From: Armatimonadota bacterium
GTDB lineage: Bacteria; Sysuimicrobiota; Sysuimicrobiia; Sysuimicrobiales; Humicultoraceae
NCBI GenBank assembly: GCA_052386995.1
Contig: JBQTJP010000003.1
Span: 1-22,190, forward strand
Direction of reading: 5' to 3'
Length of the DNA: 22,190 bases
Below, in pieces: positions 18,001 through 22,190 of the stretch. Position 1 is the first letter of the stretch; each line of letters opens with the position of its first letter. A program made the translations under genes and the position numbers. The notes under the pieces are model-generated. The model searched no databases. It was not told the origin of the DNA and saw only the letters and a program-made list of their open reading frames with translations.

Positions 18001-18210
18001 CAGATCTTTGTAGGTCCGGCCCCAGGCGTGGTGGATGCCCATGGCGTTGTTGGCGGTGATCGGCCCATCGAGGAACGAGAATCTGTGGGGTAACCGCTCG
18101 TTCCGGCGAAGATACTGCTCGAGCGTGCCCCGCTCGCGCCACCACGCCTGGATCTGACGCTCGACCGCGGGAAAGTCTGTTTTGGTTGCGACAGGGGCAA
18201 ACCGACCCAT
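15031..18210 (-). CDS. ileS: Isoleucine--tRNA ligase, type 2 (IleRS2)
   Basis: FLDGP..AN, WTTTPWTL and GTGIVHIAPG (editing domain), DWMISKKRYYG, NPWLDAG. Type-2 C-terminus EGRARELVHHIQQLRK..GLDVSDRI with no C-terminal Zn finger. SD GGGAGGAG before ATG 18210. Ile T-box upstream. Confidence 0.96.
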   Translation of the reverse strand: MGRFAPVATKTDFPAVERQIQAWWRERGTLEQYLRRNERLPHRFSFLDGPITANNAMGIHHAWGRTYKDLFCRYKTMRGFRQRYQNGFDGQGLWVEVEVERELGFKNKRDIEVYGIAAFVEQCKARVMRFADRITQQSLRLGQWMEWDNSYHTLSDENNYMVWHFLRRCWERGMIYKGHDSMPWCPRCGTGISEQEIVTEGYREVTHPGLTVRLPMIDEPGRSLLVWTTTPWTLTSNVAAAVHPELTYVRVRQGNEEVYLGEGRLEMLKGPHTIVESLAGSALVGRRYRGPFDDLPAQAGVEHRVIPWKDVSAEEGTGIVHIAPGAGAEDFALGKEFGLPVLAPLDEFGVFVGGLGEFEGKSVTEVAQPIEARLAERGLLYRSEPYTHRYPVCWRCGTELVFRVVDEWFIAMDSIRQAMMDVTRQIRWIPEFGLDREIDWLRNMHDWMISKKRYYGLALPIYECAACGSFEVIGSKEELKARAVAGWDTFEGQAPHRPWVDAVKIKCAKCGEIVSRVADIGNPWLDAGIVPFSTLVDPATGKVSYTDDQRYWREWFPADFITEAFPGQYRNWFYSMLVMSTVLENRAPFNVCLGHATVFGEDGREMHKSWGNAIEFDEGAERIGADVIRWVYATQNPAANVNFGYGPTDDVRRRFVLPWWNVYAFFVTYAGLESLDFGALAALPPPLRLLDRWILSRLAGLVTTIRERLDDFDPAGASRPAEAFIDDLSTWYVRRSRRRFWKSGDDADKRAAYYTLYEALRTLAQALAPFVPFLTEAMYQNLVRVVEPEAPESVHLCDYPDPATAAGRLDPELEAAMDTVRTLASLGRAARSAAKVRVRQPLPAVLVVTPSRRLRDEPELVDLLADELNVKQVRFVDDASAYVRYEAKPRFDRLGPKYGGRVQAIAAAVRALPADQVAAAVASGTGVDVVPGGETIRVEPDEIEMRLHTASGYAAEGSGGNLAILETAVDESLAREGRARELVHHIQQLRKERGLDVSDRIILYVDGPDGLTDLLEAHRGYVLAETLATEIRPGAAALPHAREVALDGLPARVALVKSP

Positions 18211-18228
18211 CGGCCCAGTACTCCTCCC

Positions 18229-18265
18229 ATAAGACAAGCATCCCGTCCTACAAGGGACGGGATGC
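18229..18265 (-). terminator. T-box intrinsic terminator hairpin
   Basis: GCATCCCGTCC...GGACGGGATGC 11-bp perfect stem followed by TTGTCTTAT. The 5' arm overlaps the antiterminator. Confidence 0.75.
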
Positions 18266-18477
18266 ACCCGCGGTACCACCCCAAGTCCGGGCGCGGCATG
18301 AATCCGCTCCCGGCACTCTCGGCTCCCGATCTCGGGGAAGCATCCGGCGGGCTTAGAACGCGCGCGTCTTCGGCCCGCGGCTCAGGGGTGATGGATCGCA
18401 GCCCCTGCGCCGCCGGGCTTCCACCAGGTCACCCGACTCGCTCCGACGCGGCGTGCTGCACCGTCCCCGTTATCGCC
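18231..18477 (-). ncRNA. T-box riboswitch (Ile, AUC specifier) leader of ileS
   Basis: T-box TTGGGGTGGTACCGCG (18269-18284) pairs with CGTCCC. Stem I has GCGATA..GGGG / CCCCTGAGC K-turn ends, an AGCGAG bulge and a GGTGGAA distal loop. Specifier ATC-A at 18389-18392. Confidence 0.92.
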
Positions 18478-18489
18478 AAACGTGGCGGT

Positions 18490-18518
18490 AGTGTAGCACG
18501 AGTCAGAATCGGACTCAA
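18490..18518 (-). promoter_or_regulatory. sigma70-type promoter TTGAGT-N17-(TGc)TACACT for the T-box/ileS transcript
   Basis: -35 at 18513-18518, extended -10 at 18490-18498, directly upstream of T-box stem I. Confidence 0.65.
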
Positions 18519-18649
18519 CCATTATCCAGCGAAGCTCATCAAACTGGCAGGGTCTTATTTGCAACACGGCGAACTCAGGACCACCGACCGGGACCGACGG
18601 GATCACGCGAACCCAACGTTTGCCGACGAGGAGCAGCCGGGGGAGCCTC

Positions 18650-19636
18650 GTGAAGGTCTGTCTGTACCTCGAACTGAGCGAACCCAGCGTGTTCAGCGGC
18701 GGGATCCGCCAGGCGTATGAGAATCAGCGCCGGGCGCTGAAGGCCGCGGGCATCGGTGTCACCGGCGATCCGTCCGACTCGTTCGACATCCTGCATCTGC
18801 ATCGCATCGGTCCCCGCTCCCTGTATCTCGCCGAAAAATACAGCGGGCGCCGTCCGGTCATCATCCATGCCCACACGACCGCAGACGACTTCGCGAACTC
18901 ATTTGTGATGAGCGATTCCATTGCCCCGTATGTCGGTCGCATGTTGACGTACTTCTACAATAAGGCCGACGTCTTGATCACGCCGACCCCATACGCAAGG
19001 AGCGTTCTTCAGCGCGACGGGGTCACGCGGCCGATCGAGGTCGTCAGCAATGGGGTCGACCTCGGGCGCTTTCAGTCACTCCAGCGCGCCCGGACGATGG
19101 GACGGGGCCGCCACCTGTTGCGCGGAGTGGTCATCTTCGCGGTGGGGATCGTGCTGCTGCGCAAGGGTGTGGACCTCTTCTGCGAGGTCGCTCGCCGGCT
19201 GCCGGAGGTGACCTTTGTGTGGTTCGGTCGCGTGCACGGGGCGGCGAAGCCGCGCACGCGCCGCGTCATCAAAGGCGCCCCGCCCAATGTGCGGTTCCCG
19301 GGGTACATCGAGAATGTCACCGAAGCCTATGCGGCCGGCGATATCTTCTTCTTCCCAAGCGCGGTCGAGAATGAAGGGATCGCGGTGCTGGAGGCCGCGG
19401 CCGCTGCCCGGCCGCTCGTGCTGCGGGACGCGGAGTGCTTCACGGGCCGCTTCGTCGACGATGAGAATTGCTTGATGGCCGACGATGCCGACGAGTTCGG
19501 CCGCCAGCTTCAGCGGCTAGTCGATGAGCCTGACCTGCGCGCGCGACTGGGCGATCAGGCCCGCCGCTTCGCCGCGGCGCACTCCCTGGAGAGTGTCGGG
19601 AGTCGTCTCCGAGAGGTCTACGCGCGGCTGTCCTGA
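18650..19636 (+). CDS. GT4 glycosyltransferase resembling monoglucosyl-diacylglycerol alpha-1,2-glycosyltransferases (alDGS/CpoA-like)
   Basis: GG in the N-terminal loop, HAHTTADDFANSF, YNKADVLITPT, SNGVD, RKG, and ENEGIAVLEA (EX7E). GTG 18650 with SD GGGGAG. Confidence 0.85.
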   Translation: MKVCLYLELSEPSVFSGGIRQAYENQRRALKAAGIGVTGDPSDSFDILHLHRIGPRSLYLAEKYSGRRPVIIHAHTTADDFANSFVMSDSIAPYVGRMLTYFYNKADVLITPTPYARSVLQRDGVTRPIEVVSNGVDLGRFQSLQRARTMGRGRHLLRGVVIFAVGIVLLRKGVDLFCEVARRLPEVTFVWFGRVHGAAKPRTRRVIKGAPPNVRFPGYIENVTEAYAAGDIFFFPSAVENEGIAVLEAAAAARPLVLRDAECFTGRFVDDENCLMADDADEFGRQLQRLVDEPDLRARLGDQARRFAAAHSLESVGSRLREVYARLS

Positions 19637-20964
19637 GCGGGCACTGTGGCGGGGCCTTCGTGGGTCGTCTTGCGCCAGTCGCGGACGCCCGTGATCGCCC
19701 CAACGACATAACGCCGGATTGCCAGCGGCACGATCACGATCGTGTGGAACGAGAAGACCGTCCACCGGGCCAGCACGCCCGCCAGGCGCAGCGGATGCGG
19801 CCCCACCTCCGCGCTCATCGCCATCAGCAGCCCCAGGGTCAGGAACGCCGATGCCGCCGCCATCACGCCGGAAGGCAGCCCCACGTAGACGACGGCTTCA
19901 TACACGACGCCGATCAGCGCGTAGAGATATCCGGTCAGCACCGCGAGCGTGCTCAACAGCGAGCCGGCGAGGAAGAACAGCATGTCGATCCGGCGGAGCA
20001 GGGAGATACGGCCCTGCAGCATCCGCGGCAGGTACTCACCCAGACACAGCAGCGCCCCTTCGAACCAGCGCTCTCGCTGCCGGATCAAATCGCGGAGCGT
20101 CACCACTCCTTCTTCATAGACTTCCGCTTCGTAGCAGTAGCGGACGTCCCAGCCGCCGAGGTGCAGGCGCACGGTCAGGTCGATGTCCTCGGTGAGCGCC
20201 TCCGTGTTCCACCCGCCCACCGCGTCCAAAGCCGCTCGCTTGACGATGAGGCCGTTACCGGCCAGGCACACGAAGCCGCCCACGACCTGGCGCGCCCGCT
20301 GCAGCAGCGTCTGGAACACGCGATACTCGTCTTCCTGGAAGCGCGTCAGGGCGTTGCGCTGCGCGTTGTACACGAGGCGGCGGCCCTGCGCGGCGCCGAC
20401 AGAGGGATCCGCCAGATGCGCCGTCATCCGGCCGACGACGTCTGGTGCAAATCGGGCGTCGGCGTCGAAGACCGCGAGGAGCGCGCCTCGGCTGGCGGCC
20501 ACGCCAGCCCGGAGGGCCTCCGCCTTGCCAAAGCTCCCGGGCGGTGTGGAGACGACGCGGAGCGGGAGCTCAGCCGCCAGGCGGTCGAGCAGTTCGCGCG
20601 TACCATCGGTTGATCCGTCGTCGACCGCGATCACCTCGACGCCGCCCTCGTAGGTCTGCGCGCAGGCCGAGCGGACGGCGCCCTCGATCACGCGCACCTC
20701 GTTTTTGGCCGGAATGATGAGGCTCACCAGCGGCGGCACGCTCCAGCCCAACGGCCGGGGGCGCGCCTGCAGGACGCCGAGCAGCAAAATGACGCCGCCG
20801 AAGATGGCCAGCGCGAGGAACAAATACTGCAGCCACACGAGGTTGACCACGTAATAGCGGAACCAGAGCGCGTCCCGATACGTGATGCTCTGCACGACGG
20901 CGGCGACCCACCCCAGAGCCAGCGCCGCGAGCACCAGATGGCGGTGCGCCGGCCGGGTGCTCAT
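19618..20964 (-). CDS. Membrane GT2 glycosyltransferase (CESA-like D,D,D,QxxRW), possibly an MgdA-like glucosyl-DAG synthase
   Basis: IPAKNE, VDDGSTD, GKA, VFDADA, TEDIDL and QRERW motifs; N- and C-terminal TM helices; ATGA overlap with mtnA. Confidence 0.88.
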   Translation of the reverse strand: MSTRPAHRHLVLAALALGWVAAVVQSITYRDALWFRYYVVNLVWLQYLFLALAIFGGVILLLGVLQARPRPLGWSVPPLVSLIIPAKNEVRVIEGAVRSACAQTYEGGVEVIAVDDGSTDGTRELLDRLAAELPLRVVSTPPGSFGKAEALRAGVAASRGALLAVFDADARFAPDVVGRMTAHLADPSVGAAQGRRLVYNAQRNALTRFQEDEYRVFQTLLQRARQVVGGFVCLAGNGLIVKRAALDAVGGWNTEALTEDIDLTVRLHLGGWDVRYCYEAEVYEEGVVTLRDLIRQRERWFEGALLCLGEYLPRMLQGRISLLRRIDMLFFLAGSLLSTLAVLTGYLYALIGVVYEAVVYVGLPSGVMAAASAFLTLGLLMAMSAEVGPHPLRLAGVLARWTVFSFHTIVIVPLAIRRYVVGAITGVRDWRKTTHEGPATVPAQDSRA

Positions 20965-22046
20965 GAACGCTTCCTCGCCGCCGCAACGAGAGCGGCGAGG
21001 CTCTGCGAATATGGCGGGGTGGTAACCCCGGTCTCGGTCACGATCGCGGTGATCAGACGGTGGGGGGTGACGTCGAACGCCGGGTTGCGCGCGGTGATCC
21101 CCTGTGGTGCGATCCGCCGGCCTCCCGCATGGGTCACTTCGTCCGCGGCGCGCTCTTCGATGGGGATGGCCTCCCCGGTCGGGGTAGCCAGGTCGATCGT
21201 CGAGGTCGGCGCGGCCACCATGAAGGGCAGATCGTGCGCGCCGGCCAGCACCGCCAGGGTGTACGTGCCGATCTTATTGGCGACGTCACCGTTGGCCGCG
21301 ATGCGGTCGGCACCGACGATCACGCGATCAACCTCGCCCCGCGCCATCAGCGCGCCGGCGGCGTTGTCGGTAATCAATGTGGCCGGGATGCCGTGTTCGC
21401 GCAACTCCCAGGCGGTCAACCGGGCCCCCTGCATCACGGGTCGGGTCTCGCACGCCAGCACAGAAATGCCCTTGCCGGCCTCATGCGCGGCGCGCAGGAT
21501 CCCAAACGCCGTGCCAAAACCGGCCGTCGCCAGCCCCCCGGTGTGACAGTACGTCATGATCCGCTCGCCCGGCCTGATCTGCTCGGCGCCCCACCGGCCG
21601 ATGGCCTGGTTCGCGGCCACGTCCTCGGCGGCGATGGCGTCGGCTTCCGCGCGCAGGCGCTCAGCGCGATTGGCAGGATCATCGGTGCGGCGCGCGACCT
21701 CCAGCATACGCGCCACGGCCCAGCGCAGGTTGACGGCCGTGGGCCGGGCTTCCGCGAGCCGCGCCGCGGCGGCCTCCACTGCCGCGAGGGCTGCCTCTGC
21801 AGAGTCCCGCCGTGCCTGCGCGGCGGCCAGAGCAATCCCGTAGGCGGCGGCCACGCCGATCGCCGGCGCGCCGCGGACGCGCATCGCGCGGATGGCCTCA
21901 TAGAGGTCCTCAGGGGTCCGGCACGTGACGACCAGGGACTCCTCGGGCAGGCGGGTCTGATCCACAAGGCGGACGACACCGTCTTCCAGCCACACGGTCT
22001 TCATGCCGCCGGACAGCGCGGGAGGTGCGACGAGCGGGCCGGTCAC
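20961..22046 (-). CDS. mtnA: S-methyl-5-thioribose-1-phosphate isomerase
   Basis: DQTRLP, VRGAPAIG, RPTAVNL, ETRP..QGARLTAWEL, GADRI..NGDVANKIGT and NPAFDVTP motifs. Start GTG 22046 or ATG 22004. Confidence 0.94.
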   Translation of the reverse strand: MTGPLVAPPALSGGMKTVWLEDGVVRLVDQTRLPEESLVVTCRTPEDLYEAIRAMRVRGAPAIGVAAAYGIALAAAQARRDSAEAALAAVEAAAARLAEARPTAVNLRWAVARMLEVARRTDDPANRAERLRAEADAIAAEDVAANQAIGRWGAEQIRPGERIMTYCHTGGLATAGFGTAFGILRAAHEAGKGISVLACETRPVMQGARLTAWELREHGIPATLITDNAAGALMARGEVDRVIVGADRIAANGDVANKIGTYTLAVLAGAHDLPFMVAAPTSTIDLATPTGEAIPIEERAADEVTHAGGRRIAPQGITARNPAFDVTPHRLITAIVTETGVTTPPYSQSLAALVAAARKRS

Positions 22047-22059
22047 CTGGCGGACTGGA

Positions 22060-22190
22060 TCAGGACAAGGGGAAGAGTTCCCGGCCGTCGTGGATGCTCT
22101 CGGCGTTCACCGCCACGGTGCTTGGGGCGAAGAGAAAAATCTCTTCACCCAGGCGCTGCATCTGCCCGTCGACGGCGTAGGTCACGCCGC
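22060..22190 (-). CDS. sepF: Cell division protein SepF, C-terminal end (partial)
   Basis: Manual translation GVTYAVDGQMQRLGEEIFLFAPSTVAVNAESIHDGRELFPLS* matches the SepF C-terminal G..YA..G...(R/K)....IFL..P..V pattern. Synteny upstream of ileS. Confidence 0.8.
   Translation of the reverse strand, partial: GVTYAVDGQMQRLGEEIFLFAPSTVAVNAESIHDGRELFPLS

Noticed and set aside
14839..18093. Long plus-strand ORFs (609 aa and 456 aa)
   Set aside because: Antisense to ileS. Explained by GC codon bias, with no recognisable domain.
8227..18279. Long N-terminal extensions given by the ORF track for cmk, yicC, pyrR, lspA and ileS
   Set aside because: They overlap neighbouring genes or regulatory RNA. 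Downstream starts fit SD sites, overlaps and family N-termini better.
18382..18606. 74-aa minus-strand ORF upstream of ileS
   Set aside because: It runs across the ileS promoter and T-box stem I, which already explain the sequence.
18520..18649. Possible riboswitch (c-di-GMP-like GGCGAAC) and short GACCG/GGGA repeats upstream of the GT4
   Set aside because: No GNRA stem or GCAAA core and no convincing pairing. The repeats are too short to be significant at this GC content.
1..22190. CRISPR arrays, IS elements, prophage, tRNA/rRNA, defence systems
   Set aside because: No spaced direct repeats, transposase/integrase motifs or structural RNA signatures seen. Nearly all sequence is accounted for by housekeeping genes.

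Overview
High-GC bacterial chromosomal segment with no mobile elements, CRISPR arrays, rRNA or tRNA. Gene order follows the Bacillus/Firmicutes sepF...ileS-ylyA-lspA-rluD-pyrR...rqcH(yloA)-yloC-remA...priA-def-fmt-rsmB-rlmN-prkC region, suggesting a Terrabacteria host (inference). Left to right, all on the minus strand unless noted: Ser/Thr kinase (partial), rlmN, rsmB, Zn metallopeptidase, fmt, def, priA, archaeal-type cytidylate kinase, remA, yicC/yloC, rqcH (+), a 47-aa orphan ORF with its own promoter and structured leader, pyrR, rluD-like, lgt-like, lspA, DksA/TraR-family Zn-finger protein, ileS (type 2) with an Ile T-box riboswitch, a GT4 (+) convergent with a GT2, mtnA, and the sepF 3' end. 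The interest lies in departures from the canonical locus. IleRS2 has GIHH/EMHKS signature motifs. PriA has lost its helicase motifs. An archaeal-type Cmk replaces gmk-rpoZ-coaBC. A 13-codon doubly coupled mini-ORF replaces the PrpC phosphatase. An orphan small gene replaces the pyr operon. Several genes appear to need non-canonical starts. Two SD-less genes share a GCAGGAA motif at an identical offset. The glycosyltransferase pair may make glycolipids. All homology calls come from motif recognition, not database searches.
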